Below are positions 1-13,007 of a stretch of DNA of 64,000 nucleotides, in pieces (the stretch's first letter is position 1; each line of letters opens with the position of its first letter). The stretch is from NCBI GenBank assembly GCA_023205875.1, contig CP060773.1:1-64000 (forward strand), given 5' to 3'. The notes under the pieces were generated by a model. The model did no database searches, was not told the DNA's origin, and saw nothing but the letters and a program-made list of their open reading frames with translations. The position numbers were made by a program, and so were the translations under genes. Source of the stretch: Chloropicon primus. Its lineage: Eukaryota.

Positions 1-699
1 AAAACCTAAACCTAAAACCTAAAACCTAAAACCTAAAACCTAAAACCTAAAACCTAAAACCTAAAACCTAAAACCTAAACCTAAACCTAAAACCTAAACC
101 TAAACCTAAAACCTAAAACCTAAAACCTAAAACCTAAAACCTAAACCTAAAACCTAAAACCTAAACCTAAAACCTAAAACCTAAAACCTAAAACCTAAAA
201 CCTAAAACCTAAAACCTAAAACCTAAAACCTAAAACCTAAAACCTAAAACCTAAAACCTAAAACCTAAAACCTAAAACCTAAAACCTAAAACCTAAAACC
301 TAAAACCTAAAACCTAAACCTAAAACCTAAAACCTAAACCTAAAACCTAAAACCTAAAACCTAAACCTAAAACCTAAAACCTAAAACCTAAAACCTAAAA
401 CCTAAAACCTAAAACCTAAAACCTAAAACCTAAAACCTAAACCTAAAACCTAAAACCTAAAACCTAAAACCTAAAACCTAAACCTAAAACCTAAAACCTA
501 AAACCTAAAACCTAAACCTAAACCTAAAACCTAAAAACCTAAAACCTAAAACCTAAAACCTAAAACCTAAAACCTAAAACCTAAAAACCTAAAACCTAAA
601 AACCTAAAACCTAAAACCTAAAACCTAAAACCTAAAACCTAAACCTAAACCTAAAACCTAAAACCTAACAAACCTACAAACCTACAATCCTAAACCTAA
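1..699. repeat. Telomere, (CCTAAAA)n = TTTTAGG on the G-rich strand, with CCTAAA and rare CCTAAAAA variants; degenerate proximally
   Basis: Tandem array from base 1 with the C-rich strand 5', as expected for a left chromosome end. Confidence 0.97.
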
Positions 700-1010
700 G
701 GAAGGATGACCTGGCCAAGGAAAGGAGCCGGAGAACAAAAGAAACCTAAGAGAAAGACACCGTCGCATCATCCAAACTTTCCGTGGTGCCTCCGAGTCAC
801 CGCGTTTCCTAAAGCCTTGGGAGTGCTAAAACCTAACGCCTAAAAGGCCCTCTCGTAGGTCCGAAGTGCCTTGAGTAGGGTTTGCCCGAGGAAGGAAGGA
901 AGGACGACCTGGCCAAGGAAAGGAGCCGAAGAACAAAAGAAGCCTAAGAGAAAGACTCCGTCGCATCATCCAAGCTTTCCGTGGTGCCTCCGAGCCACCG
1001 CAGTTTTCCT
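698..1010 (+). repeat. Subtelomeric imperfect direct repeat, ~113 bp x2 (~698-810 and ~897-1010)
   Basis: GACCTGGCCAAGGAAAGGAGCC...CGTCGCATCATCCAA...TTTCCGTGGTGCCTCCGAG occurs twice with a few substitutions. Confidence 0.9.
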
Positions 1011-1932
1011 TCTGGTATAAGTTTTAAGTGTGATCTGGGTTTTAGTCGGCCCTAAATCAGGTCGCATAAGACGACGGGTTCCAGCAGAAGAGTGGATCAG
1101 GGTAAGGTTTACGATTGAAACTCTTTATTCTCTGGTGCCCTCTATTGCACTCCACCCGGAACAGGTCTCTCCATCACGGACTCCATTCACACATCCTCAG
1201 CCTATTCCATGGAGGGCTGTGGTTTGGGTTTTAGTGGTCCAACAGATGGACCTCTACAGGTTCAAGGACGACGGGAACATACACAATATTAAAGGAGTAT
1301 CCAAATATAAAATACAAGCCGCTTCTGACAAAGTTTAATAGCCATCGGACACGAACTGGATCCGTCACTCCACTATTCGTACCAAAAAGTAGGCCCCAAA
1401 ATGGACAATAATAGCAACAGAATCATATCATACACACCTACATTACACAATCAAGTCAGCATGAACCAAACCAAGAGGATCCAATCCACGAACAACTACC
1501 CACAATCACCTCTACTTGCCTTCTCTCCTCTCCCACTCTCCTGCATTGCCCCAAGAACACCTTTCCTCTCTCACCCCTGGACGCCAGTGCCCGGACCCGA
1601 GAATACATACACATTATCTGGGCTCGGCCCCTCCTCCTCCCATTCATTGTCATGGAGCAAGGCGACTGAGACGAACGCATTCCAAGGACCCCAATTGGAC
1701 CCACACAGACCCCCATAACACCTCAAAACCAATCATCTGCCTCCCCGATGGTAGAGAGAGAACCCTTCCGTTCTCACGACTCCGTGACTCAAACAAGGCA
1801 AGCTTGGTATCTTTGAAAAGACCTTGATGTGTTCTACCGTACAATCCCTCCCTCCTCCGCTCCATGCCCCTCCGTGTCCTAATGTCTCCCTCCCTCCCTC
1901 CGTCGCCCTTCCCCTCCCCTCCTGCTGGGCCG

Positions 1933-1955
1933 CCACGTCATGGCGAAACCCTAAA
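1933..1955 (+). promoter_or_regulatory. Telo-box (AAACCCTAAA) and CCACGTCA G-box-like motif upstream of cysteine synthase
   Basis: Motif match only, about 170 nt upstream of the probable ATG. Confidence 0.35.
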
Positions 1956-2125
1956 CTTTTCCCCTTTACGAAGAAGAAGAAAGAAGAAGAGCGCGAGCGA
2001 CGTCGTTCATACACTTGGCGACACAGCCACCAGAAGCAGAAGCAAGAGCAGCAACGCAAGAAAGCAAACCCACCGCCCATTCCATTCCCTTTCCCTTTCC
2101 CACTCCATTTCCTTTCCTTTGTGCG

Positions 2126-3277
2126 ATGAACGTGAACACGATGAAAGGTCTTTCGAACAGGACGCGTGGCGTGGTCCGTGCATGCTCCCAGTACCAACGC
2201 ATCCACACGACGACGATGACGACGACGAGGGTGGCGACCACGAGCAAGAGCAAGGGCATGAGCACGAGGAGGGTGAGCGCGAGGGCGGTGAGCGACGGCC
2301 CTGCGGCGGCGACGGGGTTGAACATCGCGGACAACGTGACCGAACTCATTGGGAAGACTCCCATGGTTTTCTTGAACAAGGTGAGCGAGGGATGCGGTGG
2401 GACGGTTGCGGTGAAGATGGAGAGCATGAACCCGTGCAACTCTGTCAAGGATAGGATCGCGTATAACATGATCACGCAGGCGGAGAACCAGGGGAAGATC
2501 ACGGCAGGGAAGACGACTCTGGTGGAGCCCACCTCGGGGAACACGGGGGTTGGGTTGGCGTTCATCGCTGCTGCGCTCGGGTACAAGCTCGTGCTGACCA
2601 TGCCGGCGTCCATGTCGATGGAGAGGAGGATTCTTCTCAAGGCTTTCGGTGCCGAGTTGGTGCTGACGGACCCTGCCAAGGGCATGAAGGGCGCGGTGGA
2701 GAAGGCCGAGGAGATTGCTTCCTCGACGCAGGACGCTTACGTGCTCCAGCAGTTCGAGAACCCAAGCAACCCCAAGATCCATTACGAGACGACGGGTCCT
2801 GAGATCTGGGAGGACACCGCTGGGCACGTGGACATCTTCGTCAGCGGCGTGGGAACGGGAGGAACGATCACGGGTGCGGGAGGCTTCCTCAAGAGCAAGA
2901 AGAAGGACTGCAAGGTGGTGGCGGTGGAGCCCGCGGAGAGTCCAATCCTCTCCGGAGGGAGCCCGGGGCCACACAAGATCCAGGGTATCGGTGCGGGGTT
3001 CGTGCCGGGTATCTTGGACACCGATCTCATCGATGAGGTGATCAAGGTGAGCAGCGACGAGAGCGTGGAGATGGCCAGGAGGCTCGCCTTGGAGGAGGGC
3101 CTGTTCGTCGGAATCAGCTCGGGAGCCGCGGTGACCGCCGCCCTGGAGCTCGCCAAGAGGCCCGAGAACGCCGGAAAGCTCATTACTTGCATCATCCCGT
3201 CCTTCGGGGAGAGGTACCTGTCGACGGTGCTGTTCAGCTCCATCAGGGAGGAGTGCGAGAAGATGACGGCAGAGTAA
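2126..3277 (+). CDS. cysK: Cysteine synthase (O-acetylserine(thiol)lyase) with organellar transit peptide
   Basis: SVKDRIA PLP-lysine motif, [29 protein letters not shown]-rich N-terminus. Confidence 0.95.
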   Translation: MNVNTMKGLSNRTRGVVRACSQYQRIHTTTMTTTRVATTSKSKGMSTRRVSARAVSDGPAAATGLNIADNVTELIGKTPMVFLNKVSEGCGGTVAVKMESMNPCNSVKDRIAYNMITQAENQGKITAGKTTLVEPTSGNTGVGLAFIAAALGYKLVLTMPASMSMERRILLKAFGAELVLTDPAKGMKGAVEKAEEIASSTQDAYVLQQFENPSNPKIHYETTGPEIWEDTAGHVDIFVSGVGTGGTITGAGGFLKSKKKDCKVVAVEPAESPILSGGSPGPHKIQGIGAGFVPGILDTDLIDEVIKVSSDESVEMARRLALEEGLFVGISSGAAVTAALELAKRPENAGKLITCIIPSFGERYLSTVLFSSIREECEKMTAE

Positions 3278-3443
3278 GCGTCGGTCGCTCGTGAAGCGTG
3301 GCTCCCGACATCACACATCACACGGCCACCAAAAAAAAAAAACTTTAAAAAAGAAAAGAAAACGAATAAGTTGTCATGCACGCGCGGCCACGCGTCTCGC
3401 TTTTTGTAAGAACCAGAACCGAGCCGCCCACTCCCATCGTCGA

Positions 3444-5087
3444 TCACCTCGCGTAGTCCTGCCTGAGGTGGTACTTGGTCCAGATGAGCTTGCAGGGGTC
3501 CACGAGGTACCTGAAGTTGCCGGCCTCCTTGATGTGCCTGTCCAGGAGCTCCGGGGCGGCGCAGATGACGTGCTGGCCCTTCTGGTACTGGATCATGTTC
3601 ACCCTCTGCAGCGTCGAGATCACGTCCTGCTGTCTGATGGCCGTGATGTCCGCGATGTCCTTGACCGAGATGCAGTCCCCCTTGTAAGTCTTCAGGACGT
3701 TCAGGATGGTGTACGTCCAGTAGCTGTAGTAGGACACAGCCCCGAGGTCGGACAAGGGCCGCTCCGGGGTGCCCACCTTGTTCTCCTTCTTGGTCAGCTC
3801 GTACGAGAAGTTGATGAGGAGCTTGCCGTACCCCTTCCTCTGGTAGCTGGGGAACATGAGGATGCAAGCCAGGTTGTACCCCTCCTCCGAGTGCTTCTCC
3901 TTGCTGAAGTACCCGACGGGGTGGCAGCCGCGCTCGTCGACCTCGCAGAGGATGTAAAACAGGAAGAGGTCCACGTCGTAGAACAGGGTCTTGTGGTCCA
4001 AGAAGAGCTTGGCCAGGTAGCACAAGTTCTGGCAGAAGATCTTCTCCTTGTTTCCGTCCACCTCGAAGAAGGACAGGGTCACGTCCTTGTTCTGCTTGTT
4101 CTTGTACGTGTTCCGGTAGATCTCGTCCCCGGGGGGGTGGAGCATCTTCACCTTCTTCATGTGCCTCTGCAGCTGCTTCTTGGTCCGGAAGAAGCTGAAG
4201 TCGAACTCGCAAAAGTAGAGGCGGTTGCAGTTGTTGTACTCCGGCGGGAAGGGGGAGAAGTACCACGTCTCCATCTCGTACTTGCCGAGCTCGATGAACT
4301 GGATGTTCTTCACCTTGGTGAACTCCTCGTGCTCCTGGACTTGGGCCTCGCTGCCGAGGAACTCGTGGCCCTCCCCGTGCTGGGCGGGGTCGTGCTCCAC
4401 CGCGTGAGCCCCGTGATGCATCCCCTCCAAGGCCGAGTCGACCCTCCTCTTCTGGGTCCGCGTCCTCCCGCTCTTCCCATCGCCATTGCTCTTGCCGTTG
4501 CTCTTGCCGCTCTGGTCCTTCCTGTGAAGGGTCGCCAAGTCCAGCTTATCGATCGCGACCCACTCGTCCAGCCTCCGGTTGAACTCGTCGTAGTGCACGT
4601 AATACTCGTAGTCGTCCCAGACCTCTCCGTCACCTTGCTGCTGGCCCTTGCCCTCGTGGTCCTCCACCTTCTTCCTCTCAATGATCTTCACAGGGTGGTG
4701 CTTCTTGTCCCTCCACAGGCACATCAGTTGCGACCCAACCTCCAGGGGCAACACAACCTCCAAGCCGTTCTTGTCCAACACCGTCCGCTTCACCGGCTCA
4801 CCCTTCTTCCCGTCCTCCTTCATGTCCTTGTCCTTGTCCTTCCCAGTGCCACCGCCGCCGCCATTGCCGGACCCGCTCGTCGTTGCGGCCCTCGCCTCCG
4901 TCTCCGTCCTCCTCCTCGTCACCGTCGCCGTGGCTTGCCTTCCTCCTCCTCCTCCTCCATCCCCGGGCGCTCCCTGGTTCTCCACCGCGAGGCCTTTGCC
5001 CCCTCGACCGCCCACCACCTCTGAAGCATGGAGGGACTCCGCTTGCGCTTGCGTCGTCTTCGCACGCTTGCTGTCCTTCTCACCCAT
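3444..5087 (-). CDS. MYST histone acetyltransferase (Esa1/Tip60/HAM type) with chromo/Tudor-knot domain
   Basis: YYVHYDEFNRRLDEWV, ETWYFSPFP, KLFLDHKTLFYDV, YQRKGYGK, GTPERPLSDLG. Confidence 0.95.
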   Translation of the reverse strand: MGEKDSKRAKTTQAQAESLHASEVVGGRGGKGLAVENQGAPGDGGGGGGRQATATVTRRRTETEARAATTSGSGNGGGGGTGKDKDKDMKEDGKKGEPVKRTVLDKNGLEVVLPLEVGSQLMCLWRDKKHHPVKIIERKKVEDHEGKGQQQGDGEVWDDYEYYVHYDEFNRRLDEWVAIDKLDLATLHRKDQSGKSNGKSNGDGKSGRTRTQKRRVDSALEGMHHGAHAVEHDPAQHGEGHEFLGSEAQVQEHEEFTKVKNIQFIELGKYEMETWYFSPFPPEYNNCNRLYFCEFDFSFFRTKKQLQRHMKKVKMLHPPGDEIYRNTYKNKQNKDVTLSFFEVDGNKEKIFCQNLCYLAKLFLDHKTLFYDVDLFLFYILCEVDERGCHPVGYFSKEKHSEEGYNLACILMFPSYQRKGYGKLLINFSYELTKKENKVGTPERPLSDLGAVSYYSYWTYTILNVLKTYKGDCISVKDIADITAIRQQDVISTLQRVNMIQYQKGQHVICAAPELLDRHIKEAGNFRYLVDPCKLIWTKYHLRQDYAR

Positions 5088-5811
5088 CACGATTTCGACA
5101 CACACACACACGCACTCTCTCTCTCTCTCTCTCTCTCTCTGGGGATGAACAATCCTTCGAGTCCTTCGATCCAAAGATCCAAACTTTCTCGTCGTCGTCG
5201 TCGTCGCGTTTGTTTGTTTGGGGTTGAAACGAAACGAGGGAGAACTCCTTGACGGAACGCGTCGGTCGGTTGCGCTGGCCTCTGCCTCGTCCTCGTCCTC
5301 GTCCTCGTCCTCGGTCTCTTCTCTTCTCTTCTCTTCTCCCGGAAACCCTACGAGCTGCTCCGCTTCGCTCTGCTCTCTGGCTGTGCTGGTGCTGGGAGGG
5401 GATGATGATGGTGGTGATGATGGTGGTCATGGTCATGATGATGATGGGTGATGATGGCGGGAAGGAGGGGGACGGTGGGAGGTCGAAGGACAATGAATTC
5501 ATGCTCCTCTCCCTCTTTCCAAAGAACCCTCGCTTGATGGGGTAAACGGGAAAGGAGGTCATGGATCAGGCCAAGGGATGATGAGGAGGAATGGTGATGG
5601 TGATGGTGATGAGGAACCCCCGTTGCACACACTCTCTCTCTTGGACTCAAGCTTAGGCTCACCAGGGAGGGAGGAAACGTTCATGCAGGGCAGCGGCAGC
5701 GGCTGCCGTACGCAGGAAAAAAAAATGATGGATTGATGTGTACAGTTTTATGCTAATGGTGTTGTTCCTAGTGCTTACATCGTCGTTCAACGCGTGTGGC
5801 TGTGGTCTTCT

Positions 5812-7005
5812 TCAGGCCCAGATGCCGATGATGGCCATGATGGCCATGCCGAAGGCGACGCCCGTGAAGCCAAAGATGGGGCTGAGGAGGCTGTCCGAGT
5901 GGTGGAGGTCCTTGTTGTTGATGAACCACTCCACCCAAATGATGCTCATTCCCATGAAGAGCAAGAAGCCCCCGCACAGGGAGTCCAGGACACCGATGGT
6001 GATGTTGGCGCCCCGGGACTGCCCCTCGTAGTTCTGGCCGAGGTACGTTCCGATCCCGATGGCGATGCCCACCGCGGTGGTGATCGAGTAGAAGAACGTC
6101 ATGAGGCACTTCTTCATGAGGCCGAACTTGGCGTCGAGGATGATCTGGCCCACCGCGAAGCCCTCGAAAAATTGGTGGAAGCTTTGGAGTCGAGGGAAGG
6201 GGGCGAACGAACGTATGAGCGAACAGACGAACGTCAGTCAGTCACGAAGAAAGAAAGAAAGAATGCATGCATGCACCCTCCAGACCGCCATGGAGACCTA
6301 CGCCGAAACTCACCTGATCGCCGTGACGAGAGGGACCCACTGCTGCTCGGGCTGGAGGCCGAGGTCGAAACCGATCAGAATGCTGTGGATGAGTATGCTG
6401 GCCTCCACGAGGATCGCGTTGCGCTGGTTCTTGCTGAACCCGGACCCTGGCGGCCCGGCGCCGTCCTCCGTCGAGCCCCCCAGGCCCTTGTCCTCGAGCT
6501 CGTACTCGGCGGGGTCCACGGGCTTGTCCACCCGCCCCTCGGGCTGGGACTTGGCCTCCACCCTGTGATGAAAGAACTCCACGACGGACATGAGGAACAT
6601 CCCGATCATTGCGAAGACCATGGGCCACTGCTCGTACGACTCGGCCAGGCCACTGTCCTCGAAAGGCTCGTAGGCTTCGCCTATCAGGTGAATGAGCGCC
6701 GTGGAGATGATCACCCCGACGCCAATCCCCCTCAGGCAGTCCAGGGACACGTCCAGCCCCCTCACCCACGAGGACTCCGCCCCCTTCATCCTCTTCTTCA
6801 CGTAGTCCATCACGTAGGCAAGCCCCATGCCTACGAAACTCGTGGCGATGATGATGAAGATCCCACCAATCTGGAGCGAAAGGTTGTACCCGTCGCTGGC
6901 GGACTCCTCCTCCACCATGACTCTCCCCCGACCCATCACGCTCGTGCTCCGTGTCATGTCTCCCGCTTCAAGCAACAACCCTCCTCCTCCTCGTGTTCTT
7001 GTCAT
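5812..7005 (-). CDS. ZIP-family Zn/Fe transporter, 2 exons (intron 6182-6313); start uncertain
   Basis: GVIISTALIHLI, EASILIHSILIG; splicing restores AIS-FHQFFEGFAVG; multiple TM helices. Confidence 0.9.
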
Positions 7006-7542
7006 CCCCCGCCCTCAGAACAGAACTGTAACGCTCGCTCTCGAGGATGAGGAGCAGAGGATCCACTCAATCCACGAGATGAGTTCGAGTTTGTGGAATG
7101 GTTGGGGATGGAGCGAACGAAAAGAAGTCAACTCAAAGCAGGAACTGGTTTAGGTGACGCCAAGGAACCACTCCTGGGCTTGGTCTGGTTTGGTTCCCTC
7201 CCTTGTGATGCTTTGCTTTGGGTCCATTCGATCGTGACCACATCGTCGTCGACATCTCTTTTTCCCGCCACGAAATCACGACCAATTTGGCGGGAACGAA
7301 GGGGAATGAAGTGCTGTGTTTGGACGACGTCGAAGGCAAACGGTACGACAGGACCGCCAAAACGGTGGAAAATGGTGGCAGGGAACGAACCTACGTCTCG
7401 AGACCTTTCCGTGAACCACTCACTCGACAGGTCTTAGTCTGACTGCAACCAAAACCACGCAGCATCCTCATCCTCCTCCTCCTCATTCAATGGTTTGTCG
7501 TGTCTTGGCGTAGGCATCATCAACGCTCGAGTATCTTTTATC

Positions 7543-8019
7543 ATGGTGCGCTACAAGAACAGGTTCCTTGTGGCGGACATTCACTGCGACAGGACGAACG
7601 CGTCGTACTTGAAGGATAAGCTCATGCTTGTCACCAGCACCAGCAGCAGCAAGAAGGGCAACCAGGAGGAGGGGCTTGGACCTGGACGAGGGGTTCCTCT
7701 GGTCGCCGCCGCTCTGGAGAAGGTCGTCCACTCGTGTTTCGGGGTGTGCCACTCGGGGGGCATCCTCTCCTCGTTGCAGGTGCGGTGCTATGACAAGATC
7801 TGGTCCGCGGGCGACGACGACGACGAAGGCGAAGGCAAGGACGGGCTCGCCAAGTGCCTTCGGTGCGTGGTGAGGTGCGACAGGGAGCACTGCAGGGACG
7901 TGAGGGCGGCATTGTGTCTGATCACTTCTCTGGCGGGGGTTCGGGTGGCCATAACGGTGGTAAAGGTCAAGGGGTCTCAACGCACGTTGGCGGACGAGGC
8001 GAAGGCCAAGTCCTCGTGA
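7543..8019 (+). CDS. POP5: RNase P/MRP subunit, Pop5/Rpp14 family
   Basis: N-terminal MVRYKNRFL, VVRCDREH..VRAAL.LI, VKGSQR pattern. Confidence 0.7.
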   Translation: MVRYKNRFLVADIHCDRTNASYLKDKLMLVTSTSSSKKGNQEEGLGPGRGVPLVAAALEKVVHSCFGVCHSGGILSSLQVRCYDKIWSAGDDDDEGEGKDGLAKCLRCVVRCDREHCRDVRAALCLITSLAGVRVAITVVKVKGSQRTLADEAKAKSS

Positions 8020-8091
8020 GGAAACAAACACATTCATTCATTCATGGTTTCTTTCTATATTTTATTGATACTCGTTCCTGTAAACTGTCCC

Positions 8092-9223
8092 TTACTGCTG
8101 CTGCTGCTGCTGCTGCTTCTCCTTGCCTTTCCAGATCCCTGCGCTGACCAAGTTGGACAGGGAGTGGGACACCATAGGCACGAGCAGGTTGTGGCTCAGT
8201 AGAAAGGCGCCGCCGTAACTTTGAGGAACGCAGAGGAGAAGGCGTGTCAGCAGAGAGGTCCCGTGGTGACAAACGATCGCGGCTTCCTCGGCTCCCTCGA
8301 CTTACATGGCTCCAACCCACGTGGACCAGAGGGCGAACACCCAATTCCTTCCTCCGCTCCTGTGAAAGTAACCGAAGACCGCGGCGGTGATGAGGACGCC
8401 CCTCCAATCATCAAAGGTCGTGGCGGGGAGGAGAGCTCCCCGGAAGAGAGCCTCCTCACTGATCCCCGTCAGGAACGCCAGCCACACGAAATCGTACGCC
8501 TTGAGGGGGGATAGGATCTGCTTGTTACTCCGTTGTGTGGCCTCGGCGAAGTCCGCGTTGCGCTCGAGGAGCTGGACCCTGGCGGAGGTCACCAGCAGGG
8601 AGGAGGCCAGGACCAAGAGGCCGCTTTGGAGGTCCAAGCCCTGCGGATCAGTCAAGAGGACTTCCGGGGCGCCGTGCTGGGAGGCGTACGACCTCAAGAA
8701 GCCGGCGAGGAACACGAATATCCCACTCGTTCCCAAACAAGCCGTGAAGACCTTGAAGCAATGCCAAGGAGAAAGGAAAGCGTGAGAACAAGTGGAAGGA
8801 ATCAGCAGCTGCGCAGGAGTCCAATCAGGCACTCCCCTGACTCACCTGAAACCTCGTGACTTCTGGGAGGTCGGGCTTCCCCTCTACGTCACCGTCGCCC
8901 GCCGTGCTCGTCGTTGCCAATTCGCCATCCCCCAGCCGGTTCCCGCTCTCCTCCTCCTCGTAGCACGCCGCTCCAACATCTAACGAAAGGGTCTGGGGCT
9001 CCACGGCGGTCTCTTGCTCCTTCTCCTCCGGACGGAACGCCTTCCTGCCGTAAACCTCTTCCGTCCAACTCAATGGAGGAGGAGTTTCCTTCCGCTTCGA
9101 CTTTGCGTCCTCGTCCTTGGGCAAGGCGCCATTGCCGACAACCAGGCGCCTCCTTGCTGTGGCCCTCCCTCCGCGTGCGAGCCCCGGCGCCCTCCTCCGC
9201 CACGCTCCTCTCCTCATCCTCAT
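8092..9223 (-). CDS. CPBP (Abi/CAAX type II) intramembrane metalloprotease, probably plastid-targeted; introns 8219-8305 and 8752-8845
   Basis: EEALFRG, FGYFH and, after splicing, LLVPMVSHSLSN motifs; GT-AG junctions restore the frame. Confidence 0.8.
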
Positions 9224-9707
9224 CCTCCACTGCAATGCACTGCAACGCAATGCAATGCAACGCAACGCACTGCTCGCTTCCTCAGGACGCCGGCGCCTTG
9301 GTGCGACCACTCGTTCGAAAGAGAGAGACGAGACGCTCGTGATGATACCGACCTCCCTCGTCGCTTCGTCCTCCGCCGCCCGCCCCGTCGCTTTCCCTCC
9401 CGCCCTCAGCTCTCGCCCGCTCTCAGCCTCACAAACTGGATAACGCTCGGCGGAGGAGCAGGGGAGCGAGGGGGAGACAAACGAGGAGCGCGCGCGAGGG
9501 AGGCGAGGGGGACCAGGGAGGCCGTCACCACGGAATAGCTTATCTCGTGACCTTTCTTTGGACCATTCGCTTGACGCGTTTGGCTCGGGGATTTGGTTTT
9601 TGTCCGGAGGAGACGAGGCGAACGAGCAGAGGAACAGTTGGATGCTGCTGGGCACAAAAGGGAATTGAATTGGTTTCGAGTGAAAGGGAAGGAGGGTGAG
9701 GCAAAGG

Positions 9708-10288
9708 ATGGCGAGGGTCCGCTTGACAAGAGTTGCATGCAGTCGCCTCGGTGCCTTCCAACGGAGAGGGGATTCGAGTACGAGAAGGAAGAGAAGTTTG
9801 TGGTGTTGCTCAACATCATCATCATCACCTTCACCTTGTTCTTCTGAGTTGTTTGAGCAAGTGCTCTTCATTGAGACGGGGTTCGGGGCGGATCAGCACG
9901 GCCAGGATGCCACCAAGGCTTGTGTCAGGGCCTGTCGAAATGCAATCGAGTTCAACTCCATCCCAAGGTACGCACTCCTCGCAGCTTCGTTTATCTTCAT
10001 TCCTGTGTCCTTACTGTTTGTGTTTGTGTTTGTTTGTTCCTGTGCAGCATCCAGAAGGTCGTTCCGGGCGGTTACGACAGCATGAAGCTGGCCATCAAGA
10101 TAGGTACCCCGTTTCCGCAGACCGTGGACGCGGCCAGAGTGAGGTCTGTCTTTCCTTACGGAAGCATAGTTCAGGTGGAGCTCGTGGAGGGCGGCCTCAA
10201 TTGCAGCAGTGGGATCGTCCTCGAGAGCCAGGGGGACAAGACGGACGAGTTCCTGATCGCGGTCGCCGCCGTGACAGTTGGGTGGTGA
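9708..10288 (+). CDS. Lin0512-family conserved protein with organellar presequence; intron 9968-10047
   Basis: FIETGFGADQHGQDATKAC.RACRNAI..NSIP; VFPYG...VEGGL; IAVAAVTVGW. Confidence 0.75.
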
Positions 10289-10335
10289 ACACTTCACACA
10301 CACACACACATACACACGAATTAATTAAAGAGGAG

Positions 10336-12411
10336 TTAGATGCTTTCCTTGGCGTTGTCGTCGCCGTCCCCGGCGGCCTTGCCTTCGCTCGTGCTCATGT
10401 AGAGCTTCATGGCGATGAGACCCACCGAGAGGATCCCGGCCGAGACGACCAGCCCGGTGGTGAGCCTCCTCGCCATGAGGTCTCTGGCCTCCTTGGCCAG
10501 CCTCTCCTCGGTCTGCGGGATGGAGACCAAGGGGTTGAGGGCGATCTCGCACAGTCTCTGGAGGACCTTGACGTGGTCGCCGCAGCTCTCGATGGGCTTG
10601 GCCATCTCCAGCTGCTGGGCCACGGCGTTGGCGGATCCCATCACCCCCTCGTCCGTCGTGTCCGAGATGCAGGCCAGGACGCAAGGAAGCAGGCCGCTGC
10701 CCTGGCGCTCCACCTGCTTTGTCAGCTCCACCGCCTCTTCTAGTTCCCGCCTCTCCCTGCCAAAGGCAAAGACGGCGAGGTCGCACGACTGGAGAAGCTT
10801 GGGGTCCAACACGATTCCCCCCTTCCCCTGCTGGGAGTCCCCTCCGTTGCTGCTGTTCGCCTGGCTGGCCTCCTTGTCATCCACAACGATCTGGCGCAAG
10901 ACCAAGGTCTTTTCCACCCCGTGCACCTCCACGCCGTGCACGGTGATCTGCTGGTCGGCGGTGATGGTGGACTTGGTGAGGACGGTGTCCGAGTCCTGCA
11001 CCTGCCTCCTGGTGGCGAAAACAAAGCAGTTGAGGGTCCTCCTGGTGAGCATGGAATGGTCGGCCTTGGCCTTCTGGCTCAAGACGTTTGACCTCATCCC
11101 CCTCTTGATCTCGTTCTTCCTCCTCCTGCTCACCTGAATGGTGGTGGACAGGTCCTCCTTGAACCCCAAGTAAAGCATGTAGGTCAAGGTCACCTTGGGG
11201 CTCGTCATCGTCGTGAGCTCCCACATGGAGAGGAACCCGCCGAGGGTAAGGCAGCCCTGGGTCAGGGCTTGCTGGGGATCGGCGGCCGCGGCGGCAGACG
11301 ACGCGCTGGACGAGGGAACGCTGGTCTCCACCATCCTGGCGTAAATCTCTCGCTGCCACTCGATTCCCGGGGTCTCCGGAGCGGTGGAGAAGAGCTCCTC
11401 CAGCTCCGCGTCGCTCAGCACGCCGTCCTTGTGCTTGTCAAAGTTGTGGAAGACCTCGCGGAGGAAGGCCCTGCCCCTTTCGCTGAGCTCGGTCACCTGA
11501 TCCGGGTGCATGCTCCCGATGGAATGGATCGCTCCGGCCACCAGGTCCTCTCGAAGGTGCAGCGTGTTGTCGTACCCAAACTTCCTCAGGACCGTCCAGG
11601 TCGTGTCCATCCTACCGCGGGCCACGAAGAGGGCGTGCAGGTACACGAAGCCCTTGAGGGTGATGCCCTTGTCGTGAATACCGTCCGGAATCTTCGAGGA
11701 CACGACTTTCCTGACCCCCTCGAGCTCCTCCGGCTGCAGCGGCGTGTTAAAGCACGTCGTCTGGAAGTGGTTGAGCTCCTTGTTGCTCAGAAACCCGTCC
11801 TTGTCGTTGTCGCACATCTGAAAGATCCTCTTGAGCGCCCTCACGCACTGAGGTTTGAGCTGCCCCGTACTCGCGTCGTACAATGGCCCCGTCGGGTGCA
11901 TCACGGCCTTCTGGGCGTGCGAAAAGACTTCAATGACGTTCGACAGCTTCTTGGCGCTGCACTGGAGGCAGACCTCGACCTCGTTCCACTGGTCGATCAG
12001 GTTCGTCAGGTGGCTCTCCATGTCCGCGACGGACATCAACGCGTCCTCCTCCTCCACGCCATCCGCCCCGGCCGCCTTGCCGGCCGCCTTGGTCCCCAAC
12101 GCCTTGGTCGGGCTGCTGATCACCTGATCCCCCGGCTCGTAGTTCTGCTGCACGAGATCCTCCTGGCAACCCACGAGGAGCACCGGCTTGTCCGTGGTCA
12201 CCTTGGTGTGCCTTAATTCGGGCAACCAGTAGGTCCCACACCTCTTCAAGCTCTTGGCGTCCCCCACCTTGTACGTCAGTATGATGACCTGTGCCTTCTC
12301 CAGCTCCTTCTCCAGCTCCTCCCTCCACTCGTACGACGAGGAGGTGTCCGCCACGATCACCGGAACCAACTCGGGCAGCACATCCGCCGGAAGCCTAGCC
12401 GAAACCACCAT

Positions 12412-12443
<32 letters not shown>

Positions 12444-13007
12444 TATCAATCGCCATTCATATCAATATCAATATATCAATATATCAATATATCAATGGCA
12501 TGGCATGGAAAAGAGAGAGAGAGAAAGAGAGAAAGAGAGAAAGAGAGAGAGAGGGAGTAACGTCAGCTTGTGCGTTTCTTTTCTTTTTCGTGCGTTCGTG
12601 TGCCCCAGCTCTCAGTTCCTTGCGTTTACCTTATCAATAGGATCAATATCCGTGATGGCGTGAAACACACACAGAGAGTGAGAGAGTGTGAGTGTGAGTG
12701 TGTGTGTGAGAGGAGGGAAGTCGGCGTAACGCCAGGTCTTCCGTTACGTTACGTCGTCACGTCAGTCACGTATGTTCTTTTCTTTTCGTTACCTTGTGGG
12801 TGGTAGTACAGGTTGTTTGTTTTGGTTTTTGTTGTTGTTTGTGTTGGGTGTGAAGGAGTCCGTGGCAGCAGCAATGATCAAAGACGTTTTCCCGGTACCC
12901 TTGTCCCCGATGACGGCGACTCTGACGCTGGTCAGGTTGTTTTGTGTTGTGCTGGTGCCGGGGCCGCACCGGCCGCTCGTTCCCTTGTTCTTCTCCTTCC
13001 CACCCAT
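10336..13007 (-). CDS. MIRO: Mitochondrial Rho GTPase (Miro); intron 12395-12792
   Basis: GDKGTGKTSLI P-loop in exon 1, CSAK, EF-hands (DNDKDGFLSNKEL, DKHKDGVLSDAEL), C-terminal TM anchor. Confidence 0.93.

Noticed and set aside
1030..1865. Short subtelomeric ORFs as a possible retroelement or helicase relic
   Set aside because: No recognisable RT, endonuclease or helicase motifs; atypical codon use
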